A DNA stretch of 64,000 bases from Armatimonadota bacterium (GTDB lineage Bacteria > Armatimonadota > Fimbriimonadia > Fimbriimonadales > Fimbriimonadaceae), in contig JANNQV010000017.1 in NCBI GenBank assembly GCA_031400935.1, forward strand, positions 1 through 64,000, given 5' to 3'. A program made the position numbers and the translations under genes. Shown here piece after piece: positions 19,145 through 28,263 of this stretch (positions are counted from its first letter, which is position 1; each line of letters opens with the position of its first letter). Below the pieces are notes generated by a model that saw only the letters and a program-made list of their open reading frames with translations, was not told the origin of the DNA and ran no database searches.

Positions 19145-19855
19145 TTATCGAGGCGTCCATAGCGGCCGTTCCGGCACTACGAGATTGATGGCCTTCACAC
19201 GTTTCCAAATGTCTGGCGATTCTCCGATCAGCCGATCTAAGGTCTCTAGCTTGCTCTCAAAATCGTAAGAAGAGCCCAGCCGAATGGTTACGCGCGAATT
19301 CGTTATTAAGGATACAGCACCGCTGGCCTGAACTTCTATCACGGAACGCATTCCGAAGTCATATTTTTTACTTTCTTTTGCCAGCCAAGCGATCCTGCGA
19401 CTCGGCCAAAGACCGGTTTGAGTTAGCGTTGAACGTAAACCGCCTTCGTAAAGGTCAATTTGAGGCAGATTCGATACAGGAGAAAGAGATCGAAAAACTG
19501 TTCCAGATTTGTCTAAAAAAAGTTCTTTGTTCGATTCAAATTGTGCCACTGGCGTACGATAGGAAATGAGTAGCTTGGCCCGGCCAAAAACATTTCTGCT
19601 AAATTTTGCGGATTCGACGGCTGAAGTCGCAAGAATTTTCCCCTCCATAGCGATAGAAGAAATTTGCAACGCAGGAACTCCGGCTACCTTTTTGATTGAA
19701 GTGCGAATATAAGGGTGATATGGCACTTGAGCGCCGACTATGGTCACTTTGCGTAACGCGGTTGAAGGTGAGTAGTAGAGGCTCACACCTACAAGCCCAG
19801 CGAACGATGCCCATAACAGGCTTACAATTGGAAATCGTTTACGCCTTTTTGGCAT
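19145..19855 (-). CDS. ftsQ: Cell division protein FtsQ/DivIB
   Basis: Basic N-terminus, one TM helix, POTRA-like region, R.PVA...LD..G; dcw position. Confidence 0.75.
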   Translation of the reverse strand: MPKRRKRFPIVSLLWASFAGLVGVSLYYSPSTALRKVTIVGAQVPYHPYIRTSIKKVAGVPALQISSIAMEGKILATSAVESAKFSRNVFGRAKLLISYRTPVAQFESNKELFLDKSGTVFRSLSPVSNLPQIDLYEGGLRSTLTQTGLWPSRRIAWLAKESKKYDFGMRSVIEVQASGAVSLITNSRVTIRLGSSYDFESKLETLDRLIGESPDIWKRVKAINLVVPERPLWTPR

Positions 19856-22148
19856 GGCACCTCATTGCGTCTACAACCATCCATTGGCAAAGTTCGGGCA
19901 TCGAGATACCCATTGCATTGGCAGAATTTGGCAACAGCGATGTTTCCGTTAATCCGGGAAGTGTATTGACTTCTAGCACTACAATTTCGCCTTTGCAATC
20001 TTCACGAACCATCATGTCGGTTCGAGTCGCTCCACGACAACCAAGAGCCTTGTGGCACTTGAGGGCGATTGCTTGAGCTTCTTTCAGTTTTTCTTCCGTC
20101 ATCCTTGCGGGAATAATCTCCTTGGTGGCGCCAGGTAAATATTTGTTAGCGAAATCGTATTGCCCTTGAACAGGTTCAATTTCGACGGGAAGAAGTGCCC
20201 TTTCACCAAGAACAGGCACTGAAATCTCCATTCCTCGCACCCACTCTTCAATCAAAGTGTCGCCGTAGGCGAGCGATCTCTCCAATGCCTTTGGCAGATC
20301 GTCACTGATTTCCACAAATGAAAGTCCGACAGTGGACCCTTGTGCATTTGGCTTTACTATCAAAGGAGTTTCGATAGAAATTTCTTCAATTTTGGATCGA
20401 ATCATCTGACCTTTTGGAACTCGAATTCTATTGCGTTCCAAAATTGCCTTCGTTAAAGACTTATCCATCGCAATTGCGCTTGCCTGAACTCCGGAACCCG
20501 TATACGGCAGGTGCAGCAGCTCCAGCAATCCCTGAATTGCCCCATCTTCTGCGTTCGTTCCATGTACTGCCAAGAAAACTAGGTCAACACGATCCTGGCC
20601 AAACAGCCTCGAAAAACCGCCTTTGAATCGAAAAGCTGAACTCTGAGCCTTTCCGCAAAGCAGATCCGTGAAGTCAATTAACTTGACAACGTGCCCTTTC
20701 GATTCTAATGCCTTCTGAACTGCCAATCCCGAACAAAGCGAGACTTCCCTTTCCGCACTGTCGCCACCGTACGCGACCACAATGTTAAGCGATGCACCGC
20801 TTTCGATTTCGAGAATGGTTGGCTGATTCAAAGCGTTCGCTAACTGAGGCGCAAATTCAGATATGTTCCCCGCACCCATGCCGACGATCACGTCGTTGCT
20901 TTCAATAGCCCGCAGCGCTTCTTCAACTAAGAAGTGCCGCGAAGGCACATAGTGGCACGGTTCGGATAGTAGTTCTGCGATTCGGTACGAGCTGATTCCT
21001 GGCATCGGAGCTTCACGTGCCGGATAAATGTCAGTTAGCAATACAACATCTGCCAGATCAAGGGCAGAAGCAAATTCTGGAATCAAACCCGCCGTTCGGC
21101 TGTAGAGATGCGGTTGAAATGCGACCACCAATCTGCGGTCTGGATACCTTTCTCGAAGTGCGGAAATGGAAGCGCGGATTTCAGTCGGATGATGGGCGTA
21201 GTCGTCAATAATTGTGACTTCGCCATCGTGGATGACTTGGAGTCTACGTTCGGCACCTTGAAAGGCTTCAATTCCAGGCAACGCATCATCTATTCGATAG
21301 CCTGCAAGTTCAATTGCAGCCAATGCACCCACAGCATTGAGCCGATTGTGATCGCCCGGCGTTGACAATTCCAAGTCCTCTCCGTGCGAAAGCGAATAGC
21401 CGATCTTCTTTCCTTCAAATTCGCGTGCGATCTCCGATGCACCCTTGTCGTCGGAACAATAAACGAGTGCGCCGACCGCTGGAATCGTCGCGACAAAGCG
21501 CGATACGCTCGCTTTCAAGTTTTCCCAGTTCTTGTGAAAATCAACGTGGTCAAGCTCTAGATTTGTCAGGACAACGATATTTGGAGCTAAATCATGGAAG
21601 CTGTCGTATGCTTCGCAAGCCTCTACAACAGCCCACTCCGAATCGCCTTCGACAACAGGACCGCCGAATTCTGGAACTGAAGCACCAACAACAATTGTAG
21701 GATTGGCGCCTGCGGATCGCAAGCCCGCTCCAATCATTGAAGTCGTTGTCGTCTTTCCATGCGTACCTGTCACGCAAATCACTTTTCGATCCTTAAGCAA
21801 CCAGCCGAGAAGCTGTGACCTACGGAAAATTTGGCAACTCAATCTTCTAGCATCAGAAACTTCAGGGCTGTCTTCCAAGACGATCGCATCGCTCAAAATC
21901 ACTTGATCGCCAGATTCAATCCGTGACGATTTGTGTCCGATTTCAACAGGGATTCCAGCCCTTTCCAAGGAATCGGTCGTGTCCGATGCCGTCGAATCTG
22001 ACCCTCGTACTGAGATTCCTCGCCGTTTGAGCATTAGGGCAATTGCGCTCATGCCAGCTCCACCAATACCGACCAAAAAGAATGGTTTTGAATCCGAAAT
22101 CAAATCGGTTTCGTTGAATTCTGTTTCTATCTCTAAGGGAGTTCTCAT
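19839..22148 (-). CDS. murC-ddl: Bifunctional UDP-MurNAc-L-Ala ligase / D-Ala-D-Ala ligase fusion
   Basis: N-part GIGGAGMSAIA, GTHGKTTT, DDYAHHPTEI, FQPHLYSRT; C-part GGDSAEREVSL, HGTNAEDG, MDK, QGSTVG, LEVNTLPGLT, all in one frame. Confidence 0.95.
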   Translation of the reverse strand: MRTPLEIETEFNETDLISDSKPFFLVGIGGAGMSAIALMLKRRGISVRGSDSTASDTTDSLERAGIPVEIGHKSSRIESGDQVILSDAIVLEDSPEVSDARRLSCQIFRRSQLLGWLLKDRKVICVTGTHGKTTTTSMIGAGLRSAGANPTIVVGASVPEFGGPVVEGDSEWAVVEACEAYDSFHDLAPNIVVLTNLELDHVDFHKNWENLKASVSRFVATIPAVGALVYCSDDKGASEIAREFEGKKIGYSLSHGEDLELSTPGDHNRLNAVGALAAIELAGYRIDDALPGIEAFQGAERRLQVIHDGEVTIIDDYAHHPTEIRASISALRERYPDRRLVVAFQPHLYSRTAGLIPEFASALDLADVVLLTDIYPAREAPMPGISSYRIAELLSEPCHYVPSRHFLVEEALRAIESNDVIVGMGAGNISEFAPQLANALNQPTILEIESGASLNIVVAYGGDSAEREVSLCSGLAVQKALESKGHVVKLIDFTDLLCGKAQSSAFRFKGGFSRLFGQDRVDLVFLAVHGTNAEDGAIQGLLELLHLPYTGSGVQASAIAMDKSLTKAILERNRIRVPKGQMIRSKIEEISIETPLIVKPNAQGSTVGLSFVEISDDLPKALERSLAYGDTLIEEWVRGMEISVPVLGERALLPVEIEPVQGQYDFANKYLPGATKEIIPARMTEEKLKEAQAIALKCHKALGCRGATRTDMMVREDCKGEIVVLEVNTLPGLTETSLLPNSANAMGISMPELCQWMVVDAMRCHAKKA

Positions 22149-23227
22149 TTCTTCGAATCAAAAGCAAATTGTATCAGTTCAAAAATCCTTTTGGAGGCGT
22201 CGGGCATATCCCAATCGGCTAATCCGGCGACCGCAGTCTCGATTCGCTTGGGATCGTCCAGCCATTCGCAAAGTCGTTTTTCCAACTCTGAAGGATGAAT
22301 TTCGTTTTGCTCGATCAGCTCTGTCGCGCCAAAATTTTCAAACTCCCTAGCATTATGGTACTGATGGTTCGCGTAAGCATGTGGGTACGGACAAACAACG
22401 CTTGGCAATCGAAATGCCGCCAGCTCGCTGAGTGTCGCCGCTCCTGCTCTTGCTACGACGAGTTGCGCATTCTTGTAGCCTTCTGCCATTTGTGCGCCAT
22501 CTAAAAATGCGAATACTTGGTAGTTGTCTTTCAGTCCCAACTTGTCATAGGAAGCATAAACGTCTTCGAAGTGCTTCGTTCCCGTCGCATGAATCCAGTT
22601 CAAAGTTCGGTCCACCATTCGCTTTGCTGCGCCTAGGGCAGCTTCATTGAGCGATTGAGCACCTTGTGAACCTCCAACGACTAGAATGAGCGGAATCAGT
22701 TCCGGTTTGCGAACCGCAGCGGCGTCTCGTAGCTCCTTCCGAACTGGCAACCCTGTTCGAACGACATTCGAGCCAGAAAATTGCTTTTGAGCGGCATGGA
22801 ATGTTGTTGCAACTGCAAACGCTTTTGGCGCAAGCATCTGAATCGTTCGGCCCGCGACTGCGTTTTGTTCGTGAAGAACGTATGGAATTTTGAGTGCCTT
22901 AGCGGCACTTATTACGGGCGCAGCCGAATAGCCACCTGTTGCAAAGACAACGTCAGCTTTAGCATCCTTCAACGCTCGAATCGCCATCGAGCGAGCTTTT
23001 CCCATTTTCAGAAGCGCAATCATGCCCTTTACAGATCGAACCTTGTAAATGGGTTCGCTTGGGAATCCGGCAAACGGAATTTGTGCTGGCTTGCAAAGCT
23101 GGCCTTCTAGCCCTCTGTTTGAACCAAAATAAGCTACTTCTGTACCGCAATCCTTAGCAAATCGAGCGACTTCAAGCGCTGGAAATACGTGTCCGCCCGT
23201 GCCCCCACCCGTCACGATGAGCCTCAT
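22145..23227 (-). CDS. murG: MurG glycosyltransferase
   Basis: GGGTGGHVFP, HEQN, GGSQGA, RAGA, HQYHNA. Confidence 0.97.
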   Translation of the reverse strand: MRLIVTGGGTGGHVFPALEVARFAKDCGTEVAYFGSNRGLEGQLCKPAQIPFAGFPSEPIYKVRSVKGMIALLKMGKARSMAIRALKDAKADVVFATGGYSAAPVISAAKALKIPYVLHEQNAVAGRTIQMLAPKAFAVATTFHAAQKQFSGSNVVRTGLPVRKELRDAAAVRKPELIPLILVVGGSQGAQSLNEAALGAAKRMVDRTLNWIHATGTKHFEDVYASYDKLGLKDNYQVFAFLDGAQMAEGYKNAQLVVARAGAATLSELAAFRLPSVVCPYPHAYANHQYHNAREFENFGATELIEQNEIHPSELEKRLCEWLDDPKRIETAVAGLADWDMPDASKRIFELIQFAFDSKK

Positions 23228-24389
23228 TGGTTGCCTCCGTTTTCACTAGAATTGGCTGCATTGCAGCTTGCGACACTCCTAAAGCAATCCAAAGCGCAAT
23301 TAGGCTCGACCCACCCGAACTGTAAAATGGCAAAGGAATTCCGATAGCTGGCAAAGTTCCATTTGCCATCAGGATATTGGTCATGCTTTGAACGGCAAGC
23401 CACGAGCCTGTTCCCACCAACACCATCGAACCGAATTTTGTCGGTGCTTGTTTCGAAAGTTGTAAAAGCCGAACGCATAATGCTCCAAGGGGCAACATAA
23501 GAATGCTCCAGCCCAAAAATCCAAATTCTTCGGCTACGGTTGAAGTCACAAAATCGGTCGTCGCCGCTGGCATGATGTGTTTTGCCCGTCCTGCGCCAAC
23601 GCCAACGCCGGTCAAACCGCCTGAACTCATTGCGAGTTCTGATTGGACAGTTTGAAACCCTGTGTCGTCCACATGTTCCGAATCCCACCGATTCAAATGA
23701 TTTGTGATGCGATCAACCCGATAAGGTTCCATTTTGATGGCAATTCCACAAAGCAGAACACAGACAAGAGTTCCCAAAACTAGGGACTTGCGAGTCACTC
23801 CGCCGACGGCAAACATGAGCCACGCAACTGCCGCCAAGATGGCCCCAGTGCCTAAATCGGGCTCGATTACAATCAATCCAATCCCAAAGAACGCAAGAAT
23901 TCCCGGCCAAAGTCGCACGATTTTATGAGAGTAAATGTTCTCAAACCGCTGAGCAAAAGATTGGTAGTTCGGAATCTTCTTCGGCCAAGCCTTCCAATGA
24001 TGCAGAACAGCAGCAAGATACAAAATCACTGTCACTTTTGCGAATTCAGCAGGCTGAATCAAGATCGGACCTATCTTAAACCAACGTTGTGCGCCATTCA
24101 AAGTTGTGCCAAACAACATCACTAGTACAAGGGTTACGAGCGTGGCGAGCCAAAGCGTTTTACTCCAAGAAAACACCAACTTGACTGGTTTTGAAGCGAG
24201 CCAAAGCCCGATTGCTACCGAACCTATCAACGTTATTCCTTGAATCCAAAATTCTCGAGGAATCGCACCTTTTCCGGCGGCCATGCTTCGCGCGTAGCCC
24301 GCATCGAATATAACTAGCAAACCAATTATGCTGCACGTAACTGCCATCCACAGCACCATTGGATCAAATCGTTTCAGTCCGTTTTGCAT
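23172..24389 (-). CDS. ftsW: Peptidoglycan polymerase FtsW (SEDS)
   Basis: NGAQRW, QPAEFAK, EPDLGT, TDFV, GIPLPFYSSGGSSL. Confidence 0.93.
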   Translation of the reverse strand: MQNGLKRFDPMVLWMAVTCSIIGLLVIFDAGYARSMAAGKGAIPREFWIQGITLIGSVAIGLWLASKPVKLVFSWSKTLWLATLVTLVLVMLFGTTLNGAQRWFKIGPILIQPAEFAKVTVILYLAAVLHHWKAWPKKIPNYQSFAQRFENIYSHKIVRLWPGILAFFGIGLIVIEPDLGTGAILAAVAWLMFAVGGVTRKSLVLGTLVCVLLCGIAIKMEPYRVDRITNHLNRWDSEHVDDTGFQTVQSELAMSSGGLTGVGVGAGRAKHIMPAATTDFVTSTVAEEFGFLGWSILMLPLGALCVRLLQLSKQAPTKFGSMVLVGTGSWLAVQSMTNILMANGTLPAIGIPLPFYSSGGSSLIALWIALGVSQAAMQPILVKTEATNEAHRDGWGHGRTRISSA

Positions 24390-25777
24390 TCTTCTAACCA
24401 CTCCTTGGCCATTTTTGTAAATTGCTCTCCACGGTCTCGAAAATCTTTGAACTGATCCAAGCTAGCTGCGCCCGGAGCCAGCATCACAACTTCTCCGCCT
24501 TTCGCCCTCTTTATGGCAAATTCGAATGCCTCTGCCATCGTGAGAAAGACGGGCAAATCGTCGCCAAGTTGTCGGCGGATGGTCATTGCATCTGAACCAA
24601 AGAGATACACATCATGGTTGGATGCCTTTAAGTACTCGCGAAGGATGGCAAAGTCCATACCCTTGTCCACTCCTCCGACGAGCAGATGTTGTTTTTGAGA
24701 AAGGCTTTGGCTCGAACCGGTAAGGCTTTGGCTGGATGCCACGACAGCCGCAGGATTCGTGCACATGGAGTTGTTAATGATAAGAACCCCGTTTCTACTT
24801 CGACCAATGTGCTCCATGCGATGAGACAGGCCCTTGAAAGCCTTGAGTCCAGGAAACAATTTTGCGACATCGAACTCATATTCAATATCAGACTCATTGT
24901 TGAAGCAACTTGCAGCGAGGAGCGTTGCCGCCATCGCATTTTCGTAATTGTGACTGCCGCCAAATGGTAGTTTAGAAAGTTCAATTGAGTACCCACGAAC
25001 GTACATTCGGTCGTCAATCAACCAGGCTTCACCCGACTCAATTCCAAAATCAAATGTGCCAATCCCCTTGTATTGTGGAGGCTCACAGTTTGGAAATGCG
25101 TTATTCCAAACTGCGGAATCGCCTTCACCCATATTCTCAAAAATGCGGTGCTTTGTCGCCGCATAGTCTTCAAAATCTTCATACCGATTCAAATGATCGT
25201 CTGAAAGATTCGTTATGATCGCCGTTTTCGGGCGAAACTGGTCAATCCACTCCAATTGAAAACTGCTGACTTCAGCGACGAGAACTTGATCGGGCGTTGA
25301 CTCCATTGCGGCTTCCGTCAATGCAATTTCGGGATAACCAGAGCCAAATATGTTTCCGCAAAGAACAGCATCAACCCCCGCAGCTTTGAGGCATAGGTAG
25401 GTCATTACTGTGGTCGTGCTCTTGCCGTTGGTGCCGGTGATGGCAATGATGGGCGCTTTGCTGGCTCTGTAAGCGAGTTCGATTTCGGAAATGACTTGGA
25501 TTCCATTTCGAACTGCTGCCAGCAATTTCGGGTGGACTTTCGCGACCCCTGGCGAAGTGACGACAAGATCGGTTTCTTGCGAATTCCATTCGTCGTCGAA
25601 ACCGAGTTTAATCTGAACTCCAAGTCCTTTGACATCTTCAAGTAGTGGAGTTAACTCAAATTGCTCTAGCGGCTTTTCGTCATAAATGGTCGGAATCGCA
25701 CCCATTTTCAAAGCCAATTTCGCCGCTGAAACGCCGGAACGTCCTAGACCGAAAATTGCAATTCGAGTTCCTTTCAT
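24374..25777 (-). CDS. murD: UDP-MurNAc-L-Ala-D-Glu ligase
   Basis: GLGRSG, SPG, ITGTNGKSTTT, EVSSFQLE, DHLNRY, ASLDQFKDFRDRG. Confidence 0.96.
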   Translation of the reverse strand: MKGTRIAIFGLGRSGVSAAKLALKMGAIPTIYDEKPLEQFELTPLLEDVKGLGVQIKLGFDDEWNSQETDLVVTSPGVAKVHPKLLAAVRNGIQVISEIELAYRASKAPIIAITGTNGKSTTTVMTYLCLKAAGVDAVLCGNIFGSGYPEIALTEAAMESTPDQVLVAEVSSFQLEWIDQFRPKTAIITNLSDDHLNRYEDFEDYAATKHRIFENMGEGDSAVWNNAFPNCEPPQYKGIGTFDFGIESGEAWLIDDRMYVRGYSIELSKLPFGGSHNYENAMAATLLAASCFNNESDIEYEFDVAKLFPGLKAFKGLSHRMEHIGRSRNGVLIINNSMCTNPAAVVASSQSLTGSSQSLSQKQHLLVGGVDKGMDFAILREYLKASNHDVYLFGSDAMTIRRQLGDDLPVFLTMAEAFEFAIKRAKGGEVVMLAPGAASLDQFKDFRDRGEQFTKMAKEWLEECKTD

Positions 25778-26751
25778 TTGCCAACTTCCAACGTTTGGGA
25801 AATTCGAGCCTCTCGAGCTACAGCCTCTCCTTGCATAGCAATCGTCCAGCCCAAAGCAACACAAACGACCTGAGTCAAAACAAATGTCCAAACGATTCTT
25901 GATTCCGGCCAGCCTTTGACTTCAAAAGCATGGTGAATTGGAGTAGCCGGGAAAATTCGTTTCTTGGTTCGCTTGTAATATCCGACCTGAATCGGGACCA
26001 AAACGAGTTCCAAAATCAGCACAACATTCATTACGATAACAGCGGCGACAACCCACCAATTGGCTTGGCCGGGATCAAACGCAGCCCGAATCCCTTGCGC
26101 AAATCCAAGTCCCAAAAACGCCCCAATTGGCAGTGAACCGACATCTCCCATGAATATTTTTGCAGGGGGAGCATTCAGATATAAAAATGGAATCGTCGAG
26201 GCAATAAGAGCCAATGAAACAAGCGCTGAACTTTGACTTACTGCGACCATACCAAGACAAAGAACGACAATTATTCCGCCGGCTAATCCATCTAGGCCAT
26301 CTGCGAAATTGAACGCATTCGAGAAAAACAGAATCAAAAATGCGCCAATTCCAATCCACAACCAGCTGGGATTCAAGTCTGTTGAAAGATTAGCTGCTCC
26401 GACTGCAACTAAAAGCTGCATCAAAATCTTTTGCTTCCAGCCCAGCCCTCGTTTGCCTTTGACTAATCTTGGAACGACAAAATCATCAATGAAGCCTATG
26501 AGCATGAATCCTACGACAGCGATAATCATTCCGTAATCGTGCTGGGTGATGAAGAGCGCAGGCAGCCAGCCGATCAAGATAACGAGCCCGCCCATTGTGG
26601 GAGTTCCCTGTTTCTTTTGATGGCCTTCGGGGGCAAAGCTGTCAATGGTCTGGCGCGATTTGACGGCAATCAAGGCTTTGTAAATCGGGAAAGCAAAAAT
26701 GGCACTAATTCCGAAAGCGAGCCAAAAAACGAGTATTGGATTTGTGGTCAT
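25774..26751 (-). CDS. mraY: Phospho-MurNAc-pentapeptide transferase
   Basis: KQGTPTMGG, NAFNFADGLDGL, FMGDVGS, PIHHAFE. Confidence 0.97.
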   Translation of the reverse strand: MTTNPILVFWLAFGISAIFAFPIYKALIAVKSRQTIDSFAPEGHQKKQGTPTMGGLVILIGWLPALFITQHDYGMIIAVVGFMLIGFIDDFVVPRLVKGKRGLGWKQKILMQLLVAVGAANLSTDLNPSWLWIGIGAFLILFFSNAFNFADGLDGLAGGIIVVLCLGMVAVSQSSALVSLALIASTIPFLYLNAPPAKIFMGDVGSLPIGAFLGLGFAQGIRAAFDPGQANWWVVAAVIVMNVVLILELVLVPIQVGYYKRTKKRIFPATPIHHAFEVKGWPESRIVWTFVLTQVVCVALGWTIAMQGEAVAREARISQTLEVGK

Positions 26752-28127
26752 GCCTGTTTCGCCTCTTGAACTTTTAGAAGAAAGTCAAATGCCTTTTCAA
26801 GTTCGAGCGCACGACTACCCTTTACCAAAACCGTGTCCCCAGGTTGCAAATCTAGCATTTCTTTCGAAATATCGTCGAGAGACTTCGCAAAGCTAATGTT
26901 TGCGGAACGCATACCCGAACCTTTCGCTGCATCCATAGCGAAATACATTTCATCGCCATAGAAAATGACTTTGTCAACTTCAGCCTTCGCTAATGCAAAA
27001 CCAACTTCATCATGTCCAGCCTCACTCGCATCTCCAAGCTCTTTCATCTCGCCTGCGACAACGATGCGCCTTCCGGAGCAAGGCAATGACGCCAGGGTTT
27101 CTATCGCGGCAACAAAGCTCTTGGGAGCCGCATTGTAGTTGTCCAGCACAATAGTTGCGCCGTTGACGGAAATCGGCTGCATCCGCATTTCGGGGAGTTC
27201 AGTTTGCGCTAGAGCTTCGCAGGCATCTTGAATTGAAACGCCGAGCCGCACAGCGCATAGAATGGCGGCCGCTGCGTTTTGAGCCATGTGCTTTCCAACG
27301 GTTGGAATTGTTGCGTGCGCTACTTTGTCGTCCATTTGAATTGAAAACTTTGACTCTTGCCAAGATATTGGCTCATACGAATTCAATTGAGCATCCGATT
27401 CCCCGCTCCAACCAAAGGTCGCTAGTTCACAATTTGCCGCTTGTCGGAGGGATTCTGCGAATTCGCCATCATGCTCATATATTGCTAAACCCTCTAATGG
27501 CAATGCCTCAAAAAGTTCTGACTTAGCCTTTACCACTCCGAAAATTGAGCCCACTTTTTCAGCGTGATTCGAACCGATATTTGTGATGACTCCGACGCTT
27601 GGCTTAGAAAAGGCTGCCAAATGCGCGATCTGGCCTAACCCTCGCATGGACATTTCAACAATCATGATTGCTTCGTCGCCTTTCAGCTCAGCCCAAGCGA
27701 GAGGCACGGTAAATTCGGTGTTTCTGTTCCCTGATGTCTTTCCTATTTTTCCAAGAGGCGAAAGTGCCGCCGCAAGAAATTCCTTAGTTGAAGTCTTCCC
27801 GGCGCTTCCTGTGATTCCAATTACAGTTCCGTCGAACTCATCTCGAAATGTACGAGCCATTCTTGCTAAGGCAGCCACTAAATTCTCGACCAGGATGTGC
27901 GGCCCTTCGACTTCGTGTTCGACAACTACTGTGACCGCTCCATTTACAACAGCCAATTCGACAAAATTATGCCCATCAACTCGCGCACCTTCTATTGCTA
28001 AAAACAGGGAGCCTGGACCCGCGTCTCTACTGTCGAGGGCAAATCGGTAAAACGTCGTTTCTGGCTCGATCCCAAATAGAGTCGCTCCTGCCCGACGAGC
28101 AAATTCACCGACAGTCATTGGCATCAT
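26748..28127 (-). CDS. murF: UDP-MurNAc-tripeptide-D-Ala-D-Ala ligase
   Basis: DSR, GITGSAGKTSTKE, DNYNA, GEMKELG, VKGSR. Confidence 0.96.
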   Translation of the reverse strand: MMPMTVGEFARRAGATLFGIEPETTFYRFALDSRDAGPGSLFLAIEGARVDGHNFVELAVVNGAVTVVVEHEVEGPHILVENLVAALARMARTFRDEFDGTVIGITGSAGKTSTKEFLAAALSPLGKIGKTSGNRNTEFTVPLAWAELKGDEAIMIVEMSMRGLGQIAHLAAFSKPSVGVITNIGSNHAEKVGSIFGVVKAKSELFEALPLEGLAIYEHDGEFAESLRQAANCELATFGWSGESDAQLNSYEPISWQESKFSIQMDDKVAHATIPTVGKHMAQNAAAAILCAVRLGVSIQDACEALAQTELPEMRMQPISVNGATIVLDNYNAAPKSFVAAIETLASLPCSGRRIVVAGEMKELGDASEAGHDEVGFALAKAEVDKVIFYGDEMYFAMDAAKGSGMRSANISFAKSLDDISKEMLDLQPGDTVLVKGSRALELEKAFDFLLKVQEAKQA

Positions 28128-28142
28128 GATATGGCCACCATG

Positions 28143-28239
28143 AATGTGTCTCGTCCGTCCCGGACGAGTTCCAAGTCGTAACCACGCCCACTAGGCTGGA
28201 GATACGCAACGCTCACGACCGGGACGGGCAAGACACATT
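28143..28239. repeat. Inverted REP doublet (REPIN/MITE-like) between murE and murF
   Basis: AATGTGT-CTCGTCCG-TCC-CGGACGAG on plus and AATGTGT-CTTGCCCG-TCC-CGGTCGTG on minus, facing each other. Confidence 0.7.
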
Positions 28240-28263
28240 TGCCCCGCAAGATTGCCCATCTGA

